Assembly: GCA_963780745.1 (NCBI GenBank)
Contig: CAWACT010000010.1
Span: 305,318 to 369,317 of the forward strand
Source of the DNA: an uncultured Actinomycetes bacterium
GTDB lineage: Bacteria; Actinomycetota; Acidimicrobiia; Spongiisociales; DATADW01
Reading direction: 5' to 3'
DNA: 64,000 nt
Shown in pieces: positions 44,658 to 54,724 of the stretch. Position numbers and translations under genes: made by a program. Position 1 is the stretch's first letter. The number at the start of each line of letters is the position of its first letter. Under the pieces are notes generated by a model. It ran no database searches. It was not told the origin of the DNA and was given only the letters and a program-made list of their open reading frames with translations.

Positions 44658-45518
44658 TCAGCTCGCCGCCGCCAGCGCCTGACTCAGCGCCCTGCGGGCG
44701 AAGACCTTGGCGAGGTGGGTCTTGTATTCCACCGAACCGTACAGGTCCTCGAGCACCGTGACCCCCTCAGCGACCCGATCCGCTGCGGCCGCGATGGCAT
44801 CCTCGCTGGCATCCGCTCCCTGGATCGCCTCTATCACTCCTTGGGCCAGTGTCGGCTTGGTGCCCACCCCGGTCAGCGCCACCGAGGCCTCGGCGATACT
44901 CCCGTTCTCGCGCCGCACCCATGCGGCAGCCCCGGCCACGGCGTAGTCGGAGTGGCCGCCCCGCCGCCCCATCTTGTCGTAGGCGGATCCACCACCGCGC
45001 TTGGGCAGCTTGATCTCCACCAGGATCTCATTGGGTTCCAACGCAGAGGTCATCACATCGACCACGAAGTCGCCCGCAGCGATCTCGCGCGACCCGCCCG
45101 ACGACCGCACCACCATGGTCGCCCCGAGGGCGATCACCGCCGCTGGCTGGTCGGCGGCCACATCGGCGTGGGCCATCGAGCCGCACAGCGTCCCGCGGTT
45201 ACGTACCTGGACGTCACCGGTCCACGAAGCCGCCTGCGACAGCGCCTTGGCGTGCTGCTGGATCACCTCGCTCGAGGCGATCTGGTTGTGACGGACCAGC
45301 GCCCCGATCGAGATGTGGTCGCCCTTGTCCTCTATCTGGTCGAGCCCTGGGATCCGCCCTATGTCCACCACCAGCTCGGGAGAGAGGAGGCGGAGCTTCA
45401 TCAGGGGGAGGAGTGACATTCCGCCGGCAAGCACCTTCGCCCCGGGGTTGTCGGCAAGAACGGTGAGCGCCTCATCGATGTTCGCCGGGGCGACATACTC
45501 GAAGCTCCTCGGGTACAT
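44658..45518 (-). CDS. coxM: Molybdenum hydroxylase (CO dehydrogenase/xanthine dehydrogenase family) FAD-binding medium subunit
   Basis: [44 protein letters not shown]...RNRGTLCGS...YGSVEYKTHLA. Confidence 0.9.
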   Translation of the reverse strand: MYPRSFEYVAPANIDEALTVLADNPGAKVLAGGMSLLPLMKLRLLSPELVVDIGRIPGLDQIEDKGDHISIGALVRHNQIASSEVIQQHAKALSQAASWTGDVQVRNRGTLCGSMAHADVAADQPAAVIALGATMVVRSSGGSREIAAGDFVVDVMTSALEPNEILVEIKLPKRGGGSAYDKMGRRGGHSDYAVAGAAAWVRRENGSIAEASVALTGVGTKPTLAQGVIEAIQGADASEDAIAAAADRVAEGVTVLEDLYGSVEYKTHLAKVFARRALSQALAAAS

Positions 45519-47872
45519 CAGCCCTCACCTCCCTGACTTGCGTCCTGTATCACCTGCCACACATTCTTTGGTCGAAGCGGCATGTCGATGCTCTCCACCC
45601 CCAGTGGTCGGAGGGCGTCGAGAACGGCGGCCACGATGGTTTGTGCCGACCCGATGGTCCCTGCCTCGCCGATCCCCTTCACCCCGAGGGGATTGGCGTC
45701 GGTCGGGGTCACCGTCATGTCCATCTCGAACGACGGCACGTCTGCTGCCGTCGGGATCTGATAGTCGGCCAGCGAAGGTGTCAGCAGGCTTCCGTTTTCG
45801 TCGTAGACCGCCTCCTCGAAGAGCGCCTGTCCGATCCCCTGGACGATCCCTCCTTGGATCTGGCCGGCGACGATCATCGGGTTGATCACCGTCCCACAGT
45901 CGTCCACCGCGAGGTACCGAAGCAACTCGACGTTGCCCGTCTCCACGTCTACCTCAACCACCGCCAGGTGGGCTCCGTACGGCCACGTGGCGTTGGTGGG
46001 ATCGAAGAAGGCGACGTCCTCCAGACCGGCCTCCACCCCCTCGGGCAGCTGGTACTGCTGGTAGGCGGTGGCGACCAGGTTGTCCCAGTCGACGGACTGC
46101 TCGGGAGAACCGGCCACAAAGGCCTTGCCGTCCTCGAACCGGATGTCCTCGGCAGCGGCCTCGAGCATGTGGGCGGCGATCCGGGCGGCCTTCTCCTGGA
46201 CCCGCCCGGCGGCACGAGCCACTGCCGGCCCGCCGACTGCGGCAGATCGGCTTCCGAACGTGCCGATCCCCATCGGCGAGTCATGGGTGTCGCCGTGCCG
46301 GACCTTCACCCGATCGAAGGCAACCCCCAGCGTGTCGCTGGCGATCTGGGCCCAGGTGGTCTCGTGCCCCTGCCCCGTCGGCCCCGTGCCCGTCACCACG
46401 GTGACGCTCCCGTCGGGATTGCACCGCACCGTCGCCGACTCGTTGAAGGCGGAGGGGAGCCCGTACCCGGCCCATGAGAACCCACCCTCGAACATAGCCG
46501 AAGGAGCTAGCCCGCAGTTCTCCACGTAGGTAGTGAGCCCTATGCCGAGATAGCGTCCCTTCTCTCTGGCCTTGGTCTGCTCGGCGCGAAGTCCTTCGAC
46601 GTCCGCCATCTCCAGCAGCCGATCGAGCGTGGCGGCGTACTGACCCGAGTCCATCACCATCCCCACCTTGGTGGTGAAAGGGAAGTCCTCGGGCTTCACG
46701 TAGTTGCGACGTCGCAGTTCGGCAGGATCCATGTCGAGCTCGGCGGCCAAGGCGTCGACCGACCGCTCGAGGTAGTAGGCCGCCTCGGGTCGTCCGGCAC
46801 CGCGGTACGCATCCGTCGGCGGCGTGTTGGTGTAGACGCAGTCGATCTTGAAATGGACGTTGGGTATGTCGTACTGACCCGGTGCGGTGAACTGCCCCAG
46901 CACCGGGATGGCGATGGTGAAGTTCTGCGAGTACGCCCCCATATCGGCCAACCCGGCCAGCTCATAGGCGACCATGTCTCCTTCTCGTGTCGCCGCGATC
47001 TTGGCTGTCGCCACCCAGCCTCTCCCCTGGATGGTGGAGACGGCAGCTTCCCGCCTCGTTTCGGTCCAGCGGACCGGGCTTCCCAGCATCTTGCTGGCGA
47101 AGGTGCAGAGCATCTCGTCGGGATAGACGTTGAGCTTGCACCCGAACCCGCCGCCGACCTCGGGTGCGATGACCCTGACGTCGTTGGCGTCGAGACCGAA
47201 GGTGGTGGCGATAGCCCCGGCCAGAGCATGTGGGATTTGGGTGGTTGACCACAGGTTCACCCTGCCGTAGCCGGGGTTCCATTCAGCCAGCACCGCCCTG
47301 GGCTCGATTGGGACCGGGATGAGGCGCTGGTTGACCATCTTGCGCTCCACGACCACCACGTCGTCCCGGCCAAAGGCCTCGGCGCAGCCGTCGCCGTCCC
47401 CCGCCTCCCACGTGTGGATGACGTTGGAGGCGTCGTGAACGGTGATCCGATCGGTGGCGGCGTCTTCGAGGTCAACGGCGGCGTCCATTGGGTCGTAATC
47501 GACCTCCACCGCGTCTGCGGCATCGCGGGCCAAGTACTTGTCGTCGCCCACCACCATGGCAACTGCCTCGCCGACGTGGCGGATCTGGCCGTCTGCCAGC
47601 AGAGGCTTCAGAGTCCCTACTGGAACCTGTGCCAGCAGGCTGCCCAGGTGACGGACATCCTCGATCGTGTAGACGGCGTGCACCCCGGGCATTTCGAGGG
47701 CCGCCGACGTGTCGATCGAGTTGACGCTGGCCCGGGCATAAGGGCTACGCACGAAGACAGCGGACAACTCCCCAGGGAGCCGGACGTCGTCGACATAGCG
47801 GCCGGTCCCTGCGATCAGCGCCGGATCTTCCTTGCGCTTGATCGCCTTGCCGAACAGCCGGGTGGTCGTCAT
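45518..47872 (-). CDS. coxL: Molybdenum hydroxylase large (molybdopterin) subunit, form-II CoxL-like (AYRGAGR motif)
   Basis: ATG 47872 ([29 protein letters not shown]). The active-site loop reads [20 protein letters not shown] rather than the form-I VAYRCSFR. The 120-aa N-terminal extension in track ORF 45518..48235 overlaps coxS and is rejected. Confidence 0.9.
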   Translation of the reverse strand: MTTTRLFGKAIKRKEDPALIAGTGRYVDDVRLPGELSAVFVRSPYARASVNSIDTSAALEMPGVHAVYTIEDVRHLGSLLAQVPVGTLKPLLADGQIRHVGEAVAMVVGDDKYLARDAADAVEVDYDPMDAAVDLEDAATDRITVHDASNVIHTWEAGDGDGCAEAFGRDDVVVVERKMVNQRLIPVPIEPRAVLAEWNPGYGRVNLWSTTQIPHALAGAIATTFGLDANDVRVIAPEVGGGFGCKLNVYPDEMLCTFASKMLGSPVRWTETRREAAVSTIQGRGWVATAKIAATREGDMVAYELAGLADMGAYSQNFTIAIPVLGQFTAPGQYDIPNVHFKIDCVYTNTPPTDAYRGAGRPEAAYYLERSVDALAAELDMDPAELRRRNYVKPEDFPFTTKVGMVMDSGQYAATLDRLLEMADVEGLRAEQTKAREKGRYLGIGLTTYVENCGLAPSAMFEGGFSWAGYGLPSAFNESATVRCNPDGSVTVVTGTGPTGQGHETTWAQIASDTLGVAFDRVKVRHGDTHDSPMGIGTFGSRSAAVGGPAVARAAGRVQEKAARIAAHMLEAAAEDIRFEDGKAFVAGSPEQSVDWDNLVATAYQQYQLPEGVEAGLEDVAFFDPTNATWPYGAHLAVVEVDVETGNVELLRYLAVDDCGTVINPMIVAGQIQGGIVQGIGQALFEEAVYDENGSLLTPSLADYQIPTAADVPSFEMDMTVTPTDANPLGVKGIGEAGTIGSAQTIVAAVLDALRPLGVESIDMPLRPKNVWQVIQDASQGGEG

Positions 47873-48372
47873 ACCGGCACCTCCTCCCATTCGGCGGGTG
47901 CCGGGGTATCGCCGCGCATCTTGGCGGAGGCGTACTCGATGGCGCGCACGATGTTGTGGTAGCCGGTGCACCGGCAGAGGTTCCCGTCGATCCCGTGGCG
48001 GATCTCGTCCTCGGATGGGTCGGGGTTCTCGGCGAGCAAGCCGACCGCCGACATGATCATCCCTGGGGTGCAGAAGCCGCACTGCAGACCGTGGCGCTCC
48101 CAGAACCCCTCCTGGACGGGGTGGAGCTCGCCGTCTTCGGCAAGCCCTTCGATGGTGGTTATCTCGGCACCCTCGGCCTGCACCGCCAGCATGGTGCAGG
48201 ACTTGATCGTCGTCCCGTCCACAAGGACCGTGCACGCCCCGCAGTACGAGGTCTCACACCCGATGTGGGTGCCGGTCAGATGCAGGTTCTCCCTGATGAG
48301 GTGTACGAGGAGCGTTCTCGGCTCGACGTCCACGCTCACGGGTCGCCCGTTGACGGTGAGGCCTACCTGCAT
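47869..48372 (-). CDS. coxS: Molybdenum hydroxylase [2Fe-2S] small subunit
   Basis: [16 protein letters not shown] and [11 protein letters not shown]...NLCRCTGY motifs. The stop overlaps the coxL ATG (ATGA). Confidence 0.93.
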   Translation of the reverse strand: MQVGLTVNGRPVSVDVEPRTLLVHLIRENLHLTGTHIGCETSYCGACTVLVDGTTIKSCTMLAVQAEGAEITTIEGLAEDGELHPVQEGFWERHGLQCGFCTPGMIMSAVGLLAENPDPSEDEIRHGIDGNLCRCTGYHNIVRAIEYASAKMRGDTPAPAEWEEVPV

Positions 48373-48527
48373 AGCTCCTCCTCCTAACCCCCTTGCGAAA
48401 CGGCCTCCGACGTCGCAGTCGGCCCGTCAGCCGAAGTTATCAGAGCCGGAGCGGCGATGTCGGCCGTGGGGCCTCTTTGCGGCAAAGTGGTGATGATGGG
48501 CGCTTGCACTACGGTGATCGCGGATCC

Positions 48528-49934
48528 ATGCTGCATCGCCTATTCGCCCTGGTAGCAGCGGTGGTGGCGGTCGTCACCTCGATCGCCTCGCCCGCCCGCG
48601 CCGACCGCATCATGGACGAGCACTTCGAGGAGTACCCCTGGTCGGCCGATGGCGACAACGCCCCGTGGTCGGATGTGCGCTCCGCCGACCTCACCAACAG
48701 CAGTCTCGGGAGAGGTTTCCTCGAGTCCGGGTTGTCCGTGACGATCCCGGCCGGCGCGCAGCGCGGTGTCGGTCCCTTCTACGGGTTCAAGGGCAAGGGG
48801 CCCATCGAGGCCTGGTTCCGCTACTACGTGTGGCTCGAGCGGTGGCGCCCCACCTACTCGGGGAAGCTCCCGGGTTTCTCCGGCGTGTACGGCTCATCGG
48901 CCAAGGGCTGCATTCCTCCTGAGCAGGGAAATCCGGGGTGGTCGGCCCGGCTCTATTGGCTGCCGCCAGGGGTCGACGGGGTGGGTGTCGGTGAGACGGC
49001 GATCGGATCGTACGTGTACCACCTCGATCAGCCGACCGAGTGCGGAAATGCCCTCGCCTGGAATCCCGGTGAGCTGGTGCGGCAGCGATGGCATTGCATC
49101 CAGGGTCACGTGCGGATGAACACGCTTGGCCAGTCCAACGGCGTCCTCGAGGGGTGGATCGACGGGGTCAAGGCGTTTCGGCGCGCCGACCTCAGATTCC
49201 GCCTCGAAGGGCAGAAGTCCGTCCGGATCAAGCAGTTCTGGCTCGACGTGTTCTTCGGCGGTCCCTCGGCCACCCCGAACAAGCTGGTGCTCAGGCTCGA
49301 CGAGATCGCCGTCTCCAAGGACGCGAGGCCCGGTTGCATCGATCCATTCACCGATGACAACACCTCGACTCACGAGGCCGACCTCACCGACCTCCACGCC
49401 CGAGGCTTCATCGAGGGGTGCAGCCGCCGTCTTGCCTGTCCCGAAGACAACCTCACCAGGGCGGAGATGGCGGTGCTCTTGGTTCGTGTGCTCTCGCTAC
49501 CCAAGTCCGACACCAACCACTTCCGCGACGACAACGATCACTGGGCGGAGCCGTACATAGATCGGCTAGCCGCCAGCGGGATCACCATGGGGTGCGACCG
49601 ACGTCTCTTCTGTCCCGAGGACCCGGTGACCCGTGCCGAGCTCGCCACCTTCCTCGATCGCGCCTACGACCCACCGGGCACGACCCAGGACTTCTTCGGC
49701 GACGACGACGATCACTGGGCGCGCCACGGCATAAACCGGCTCGCCGCCGCCGGCGTGATCAACGGGTGCACCGCCACGGCGTTCTGTCCGGAGGCGACGA
49801 TCACCCGCGGGCAGACGGCAGCGCTGCTCGCCAGGGCGGTCCGCTGGGCAGAGGGCCTGACCGACGATGTCGTGGTGTCTACGACGCTCAGCGACTCGGA
49901 GCGTGATGCCCTCACCGCCGGGGACCACGACTAG
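48528..49934 (+). CDS. Secreted polysaccharide-lyase-like (PF14099/PL14-like jelly roll) protein with three Cys-containing SLH-like repeats
   Basis: Signal peptide MLHRLFALVAAVVAVVTSIASPARA. GKLPGFSG...WSARLYW...WHCIQGHVRMNTLGQSNGVLEGWIDG...FWLDVFFGG. Then three copies of F.DD..HWA...I..L...GI..GC....FCPE..(V/I)TR.E.A. Confidence 0.6.
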   Translation: MLHRLFALVAAVVAVVTSIASPARADRIMDEHFEEYPWSADGDNAPWSDVRSADLTNSSLGRGFLESGLSVTIPAGAQRGVGPFYGFKGKGPIEAWFRYYVWLERWRPTYSGKLPGFSGVYGSSAKGCIPPEQGNPGWSARLYWLPPGVDGVGVGETAIGSYVYHLDQPTECGNALAWNPGELVRQRWHCIQGHVRMNTLGQSNGVLEGWIDGVKAFRRADLRFRLEGQKSVRIKQFWLDVFFGGPSATPNKLVLRLDEIAVSKDARPGCIDPFTDDNTSTHEADLTDLHARGFIEGCSRRLACPEDNLTRAEMAVLLVRVLSLPKSDTNHFRDDNDHWAEPYIDRLAASGITMGCDRRLFCPEDPVTRAELATFLDRAYDPPGTTQDFFGDDDDHWARHGINRLAAAGVINGCTATAFCPEATITRGQTAALLARAVRWAEGLTDDVVVSTTLSDSERDALTAGDHD

Positions 49935-50395
49935 CTCGAGCGGGTGAGCGCCATGGCGAGCGAGGCCTGCAGGTAGCCGAGATAGTCCAGAGTCGCCATC
50001 TCGGCGCCACCATCACGCCGCGCCCGGTCGTAGTCGCTCTCCTTATTGATCCCCAACCGCACGGCGAGAACGAGGCGAGCTTCTCCCAGGACGCGCAACC
50101 AGGACTCGGCCTCGCCCTCTGAAAGCACCGCGCCCCGCTCGGCGCCGCCGAGGGTCTCCTCGAAACGAGTCCGGTCATCCGCCCTGTCGCTGGTGAGCTC
50201 GCTCCCCATCAGCCGCCAGAACTCGTCGTCGTCCCCGGGTGAACCCGGATAGACCGGGAGCCGGCCCCGAGGCTCGGTAGGTGAAGGCGACTCGGCAACC
50301 AAGAGCGGTACCAACTGGCCGAGCACCGCCACCTCGTTGATGTCGAGCTTGACCTTGATCCGGCCCTTGCGGTCCAGGGCAAACGGCTCCCTCAC
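49931..50395 (-). CDS. DUF2017 domain protein (usual ClpS partner in Actinomycetota)
   Basis: 154 aa acidic protein translationally coupled to clpS (4 nt overlap). [14 protein letters not shown]...[18 protein letters not shown] pattern. Confidence 0.6.
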   Translation of the reverse strand: MREPFALDRKGRIKVKLDINEVAVLGQLVPLLVAESPSPTEPRGRLPVYPGSPGDDDEFWRLMGSELTSDRADDRTRFEETLGGAERGAVLSEGEAESWLRVLGEARLVLAVRLGINKESDYDRARRDGGAEMATLDYLGYLQASLAMALTRSS

Positions 50396-50694
50396 GTCTT
50401 CTCCAGAGTGGCCCAGAGCCCGTAATGGTGCAGGCGGTAGCAGTCGACCTCCGACTTCTCCCTCGGGCCGGAGGCAACCACAGCCCGCCCTTCGTGGTGG
50501 ACGGCGAGCATCAAGCGCGTGGCCTCCTCAGGCGAGTGGCCGAAGAGCTTCCTGAAAACGTAGACGACGTACTCCATGAGGTTGACCGGGTCGTTCCACA
50601 CCACCACATTCCACGGTGAGTCCCCGGCAACCACATCGTCCACATCGGGGCGGTCGGTGCGAACCGGCAGCGCCGAGGTGAGTTCACCAACCAT
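50392..50694 (-). CDS. clpS: ATP-dependent Clp protease adaptor ClpS
   Basis: ATG 50694. [46 protein letters not shown]. Confidence 0.9.
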   Translation of the reverse strand: MVGELTSALPVRTDRPDVDDVVAGDSPWNVVVWNDPVNLMEYVVYVFRKLFGHSPEEATRLMLAVHHEGRAVVASGPREKSEVDCYRLHHYGLWATLEKT

Positions 50695-50893
50695 CGCTGT
50701 GTGCCAGCCGACGCCGGTTGAGCCAGTCCTCCAGGTCCTGGCGCGCCACCCGCCACTCCCTCCCCACCTTGACACCGGGAAGGTCACCCGATCGCAGACG
50801 GGCGGTGACCACGAATGGAGACACCTCGAGATATGCGCACACATCAGCCACTGAGAGCCAGTCCTTGGGGATCGTCACCCGGATCGGGTCCAC
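50684..50893 (-). CDS. Excisionase-family (MerR-like) helix-turn-helix DNA-binding protein
   Basis: [47 protein letters not shown]; 69 aa. Confidence 0.75.
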   Translation of the reverse strand: MDPIRVTIPKDWLSVADVCAYLEVSPFVVTARLRSGDLPGVKVGREWRVARQDLEDWLNRRRLAHSDGW

Positions 50894-51004
50894 GCCGTTC
50901 AGGCTAGTGGTCGTCGACCCCGCGGAGAGAGGCCGGTGCGCGAAACCTCACTGTTCCTCCAGTGATCATGTGGCGTATGTTTGCGATATCTTGCGTTCCA
51001 TAGG

Positions 51005-51337
51005 ATGAGTCGGTTTATCAGCATGGTCCTGAGCCCCGATGACCCACTCCGCCACCCGGATCTCATCGAGATGGCGCGTCGGCTGCGATCGCAACTCGAG
51101 TCCGTGCTCGACGCCGAGCGAGCCGCGGCACACGCCATCGCCCGGCGGAGCGAGACCATGCGCGACCGGCTGATCATGGCGGAGGACAACGGGGACCGGG
51201 TCGTCATCACCTGCTGCGACGGGGGACGGCGGGTGGGCCGCCTTGGCGGAGTTGGGCTCGATCTCGTCGTCGTCCTGGGGCCCGACAGGGAGCAGGTAGT
51301 GGCACTCCGTCATATCGTGACCCTGGAGACGGTGTGA
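51005..51337 (+). CDS. Hypothetical protein
   Basis: MSRFISMVLSPDDPLRHPDLIEMARRLRSQ...; translationally coupled to the next gene. Start uncertain (TTG 50981 / ATG 51005 / ATG 51023). Confidence 0.4.
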   Translation: MSRFISMVLSPDDPLRHPDLIEMARRLRSQLESVLDAERAAAHAIARRSETMRDRLIMAEDNGDRVVITCCDGGRRVGRLGGVGLDLVVVLGPDREQVVALRHIVTLETV

Positions 51338-52395
51338 TGACCAGTCGCCCCATGGTGGCCACCGTCCTCTCGGCACGTCCGTGGGAGGCGCGGTTGGTGG
51401 CTATGGCGCGCGCCGCCGGGAGCATCAGGGTGGTCGGGCGTCTCTACCAGCCCGAGGACTTGGACCGCCTCCGCCAGGTCGACGTGCTCGTGGTCGGGGC
51501 AGAGACCAGCTGGGCGACACCGGCAAGGGTGCGCTCATGGCGGAACCGAGGGATTGCCGTCCTCGGTGTGGTTCCGGAGGGAGACATGCCCGCCGCTGCT
51601 CGTTTCACCGCATCGGGGGCGATGGTCACACTGGAGCAAGCCCCACTTCAGTCGCTCCTGGCAGCGATTCGCATCGCTGCCAGGAGTCGCAACCTGGTAT
51701 CGGGCGGCCAGGGTCGGTTGGCGGTGGTGGTGGGGACGAGGGGTGCCCCCGGGGTTACCGAGGTGTCGTTGGCGCTCGCCACTGGCATCTCCGACAACCT
51801 GCGGACGCTCCTCGTCGACCTCGACCTGAGCGCTCCCAGCCTCGGCCTCAGGCTCGGGCTCCCGCCGCGGAGCGGGTTGGCGGAGGTGAGCGAGCGGCTG
51901 CGGTGCGATGCCGGCTCGCTCCAGCACGCAGCCCATCGGGTGGGCGCACTGAGCGTCGTCCCCGGCGAGGGACCGCCCAGCACACCCACCGACATCGACG
52001 ACCTTGTTGTGGCGTCCCGGTCGGGTTTCCAGATGGTGGTCGCCGATCGTGGTCCGGTGGCGGGCGACGACCCGGTCCTCGTCGCCGCCGACTCGGCAGT
52101 GCTGGTGTGCCGCCCCTCGCCCATCGGCTTGATGAGGACGGCACGTCTTGTCGACGCTTGGAGCGGTCCGATTCCCTGGCTCGTGCTCAACCAGGTGGAG
52201 GACCGAGAGGCGGCGACGAACGCTGCTCGCCGTTTTGTCGGGCTGGAGCCGGCGGTGGTGCTCGATGCGGATCCAACGGTGGGTCTCCCCGGTGCGGGGC
52301 CGTCGAGTTGGATGGTCGAGGCGCTACGACCACTCCACGCCGCGCTCACCGAGCCCGATGGTGGACGCTGCCCGGTAGGAGCCGAGATGGCGTAG
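51334..52395 (+). CDS. ParA/MinD/CpaE-like protein with degenerate P-loop (actinobacterial Ssd / CpaE-homolog type)
   Basis: N-terminal receiver-like segment, then LAVVVGTRGAPGVTEVSLALA where the deviant Walker A GxxGxGK(S/T) is expected (no Lys), LLVDLDL, VVADRG. Confidence 0.55.
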   Translation: MMTSRPMVATVLSARPWEARLVAMARAAGSIRVVGRLYQPEDLDRLRQVDVLVVGAETSWATPARVRSWRNRGIAVLGVVPEGDMPAAARFTASGAMVTLEQAPLQSLLAAIRIAARSRNLVSGGQGRLAVVVGTRGAPGVTEVSLALATGISDNLRTLLVDLDLSAPSLGLRLGLPPRSGLAEVSERLRCDAGSLQHAAHRVGALSVVPGEGPPSTPTDIDDLVVASRSGFQMVVADRGPVAGDDPVLVAADSAVLVCRPSPIGLMRTARLVDAWSGPIPWLVLNQVEDREAATNAARRFVGLEPAVVLDADPTVGLPGAGPSSWMVEALRPLHAALTEPDGGRCPVGAEMA

Positions 52396-53181
52396 CTCGA
52401 CCAGCGTCGCCGGCATCGGCTCGAAGATGGCGGCGTAACCGTCCGGACCAGGGGCGTGCATCAGGTCAACGAAGAAGCGGTGGCGCCACGCCTCTTCACT
52501 GGGTCGGGACTCGATCCGGGTCAGGTTGGCGCCGCGCAGCCCCAGCTCAGTGAGCGCCAAAGCCAGCGCCCCCGGCTGATGGAGGGTTATGAAGCTGATC
52601 GTCGTCTTGTCGGCGTCGGGCGCCACCGGCTCGGGGCCAGGGGCCAACACCGCAAACCGGGTGGTGTTGTGCCATCGGTCCATGACCTCGGTAGCGAGTA
52701 CCTCGAGCCCAAACCGCTCGGCGGCCATCTCCGGTGCCAGCGCCGCTTCGTGAGGATCGCCCTGCTCGGCCACCTCGCGCACTGCACCGGCGGTATCCGA
52801 CGAGGTGACCGCCTTCCACCCCCGCTCGGCTATCACCAGCTCCGCCTGCCCCAACGCCTCGGGATGGGACCGCACCCGCGTCACCGCGTCGAGCGACGAC
52901 CCGGGCACGCCGAGCAGGGCGTGACGGACCTCGAGCATGTGCTCGGCGACGATCGACGCCGAGGACCGGAGCAACCGATCGAGCACAGGGAGCACGCTCC
53001 CCGTTGTCGAGTTCTCGATGGGGAGAACCAATCGGTCGACGTCGCCTCGCTCGAGTGAGGCAAAGGCATCCGAGAACGAGGCCAAACCGGTCCGGGGGCA
53101 CCCGGGGAACAACTCGCCCACCGCCTGGTGACTGTAGGAGAGCTCCTCGCCCTGGTAACCGACACGGAGGGTCCGATCCAT
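52324..53181 (-). CDS. pheA: Prephenate dehydratase with ACT domain
   Basis: RVGYQGEELSYSHQA...LPIENSTTGSV...TRF..L...TSISF-like TTISFITLHQPGALALAL...NLTRIESRPS. Confidence 0.9.
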   Translation of the reverse strand: MDRTLRVGYQGEELSYSHQAVGELFPGCPRTGLASFSDAFASLERGDVDRLVLPIENSTTGSVLPVLDRLLRSSASIVAEHMLEVRHALLGVPGSSLDAVTRVRSHPEALGQAELVIAERGWKAVTSSDTAGAVREVAEQGDPHEAALAPEMAAERFGLEVLATEVMDRWHNTTRFAVLAPGPEPVAPDADKTTISFITLHQPGALALALTELGLRGANLTRIESRPSEEAWRHRFFVDLMHAPGPDGYAAIFEPMPATLVELRHLGSYRAASTIGLGERGVEWS

Positions 53182-53263
53182 CCCCGGTGGACAGTAGGGC
53201 GCTGGTGGCCCGGCACGTGCCCTATGGCTAGCCGCCCGGTGGTACCTCTACCCTGCCCCGCCC

Positions 53264-54721
53264 ATGCCAGCGCTTCCCGACCGGCCACCAGAGTGGGTGG
53301 CTGACGCCGTCTTCTATCAGATCTTCCCCGACCGATTCGCCCGCTCTGGCCGGGTAGCCCAACCCGGCAACCTCGAGCCCTGGGACTCCCCGCCGACCCA
53401 CCACGGATACAAGGGAGGCGACCTGATCGGGATCGCCGAGAGGCTCGACTGGATCGAGGATCTTGGCGCCAACGCCATCTACCTCAACCCCATCTTCCGA
53501 TCTGGCTCCAACCACAGGTACCACACCCACGACTACTTCGTTGTCGACCCGCTGCTCGGGGGCGACGAGGGATTCGACCGCCTCATGGAATCGTGCCGGT
53601 CGCGGGGGATCCGGGTGGTGCTCGACGGCGTCCTCAATCACGCCTCGCGTGGGTTCTTCCCATTTCACGACATCATGGAGAACGGCGCCCGATCGCCTTG
53701 GATCGAGTGGTTCCACGTCAACGGCTTCCCGATGAGGGCGTACGAGGAGGATCGGCCGCCCAACTACGCGGCGTGGTGGGGGCTCCACGCCCTTCCCAAG
53801 TTCAACACTGAGAACCCCCAGGTGGTCGAGTACCTCTACTCAGTCGGCGAGCACTGGGCGGGGCGCGGCATCGATGGATGGAGACTCGACGTGCCCACCG
53901 AGATCTCCACACCGGGTTTCTGGGAGGGTTTTCGGCAAAGGGTGCGGGCGGTGAACCCCGATCTCTACATCGTCGGTGAGATCTGGGAGCACGCCACCGA
54001 TTGGATCGCTCGGGGTGACCGGTTCGACGCCACCATGAACTACCTGTTTGGTGGTTGGACCCTCGCCTTCACCATCGGCGGAGAGATCGACTCCGAGCTC
54101 GCTCGCGGGCTCCACTACCCCATCACCCCGCCGCTCGATGCCGCGGCCTACGGCGCCGCCGTCGAACGTCTGCTCGACATCTACCCCGACCACGCCAACC
54201 GAGCCAACCTCAACCTGCTCGGCTCGCACGACACGCCTCGGGTGCTCAGCCTGGCTCGGGGCGACGTCACCGCAGTGGTGCTGGCGATGGTCTTGCTGCT
54301 CACCTTCCCCGGGGCCCCCTGTATCTACTACGGCGACGAGATCGGCCTGGAGGGGGGCCAGGAGCCGGCGTCGCGGGCCGCCTTCCCTTGGAATGATCCC
54401 GGCGACTGGAGCACGGGGATCCTCTCGTCGGTGCGCTCCCTGGTGGCGCTGCGCCACGCCCACCCGGCGCTCCGCCATGGCACCTACCTACGGCTGCCTA
54501 CCGGATCGGGTGCCGGGCTTCACTGGTTTCTCCTCGACCATCCCGAGGAGCGGGTGGTGGTGGCCGTCAACGCCGGGCGGGACGCGGCATCGGTGGCCAC
54601 TCAATCCATCGGCGACCGGTTCGAGACGCTCTGGGGCTTTGGCGGCATCGCCACCGACGGCGGGACCACGCGAGCCGCTCTCGGGCCGCGCTCGGCCGCG
54701 GTTTGGCTGGCCGAGCGCTGA
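53264..54721 (+). CDS. GH13 alpha-amylase-family glycoside hydrolase (neopullulanase/alpha-glucosidase-like)
   Basis: VFYQIFPDRFA, GGDLIGIAERLDWIEDLGANAIYLNPIF, VVLDGVLNH, GIDGWRLDVP, VGEIW, LGSHDTPR. Confidence 0.88.
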   Translation: MPALPDRPPEWVADAVFYQIFPDRFARSGRVAQPGNLEPWDSPPTHHGYKGGDLIGIAERLDWIEDLGANAIYLNPIFRSGSNHRYHTHDYFVVDPLLGGDEGFDRLMESCRSRGIRVVLDGVLNHASRGFFPFHDIMENGARSPWIEWFHVNGFPMRAYEEDRPPNYAAWWGLHALPKFNTENPQVVEYLYSVGEHWAGRGIDGWRLDVPTEISTPGFWEGFRQRVRAVNPDLYIVGEIWEHATDWIARGDRFDATMNYLFGGWTLAFTIGGEIDSELARGLHYPITPPLDAAAYGAAVERLLDIYPDHANRANLNLLGSHDTPRVLSLARGDVTAVVLAMVLLLTFPGAPCIYYGDEIGLEGGQEPASRAAFPWNDPGDWSTGILSSVRSLVALRHAHPALRHGTYLRLPTGSGAGLHWFLLDHPEERVVVAVNAGRDAASVATQSIGDRFETLWGFGGIATDGGTTRAALGPRSAAVWLAER

Positions 54722-54724
54722 CTG

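Noticed and set aside
47873-48235. 120-codon N-terminal extension of the coxL ORF in the track
   Set aside because: It overlaps coxS in another frame and lacks similarity to CoxL. The conserved CoxL N-terminus begins at ATG 47872, which overlaps the coxS stop.
50684-50893. Excisionase-family HTH considered as a marker of a prophage or integrative element
   Set aside because: There is no integrase, tRNA, att-like repeats, or phage or conjugation genes nearby. Its neighbours are conserved housekeeping genes (clpS, DUF2017, pheA).
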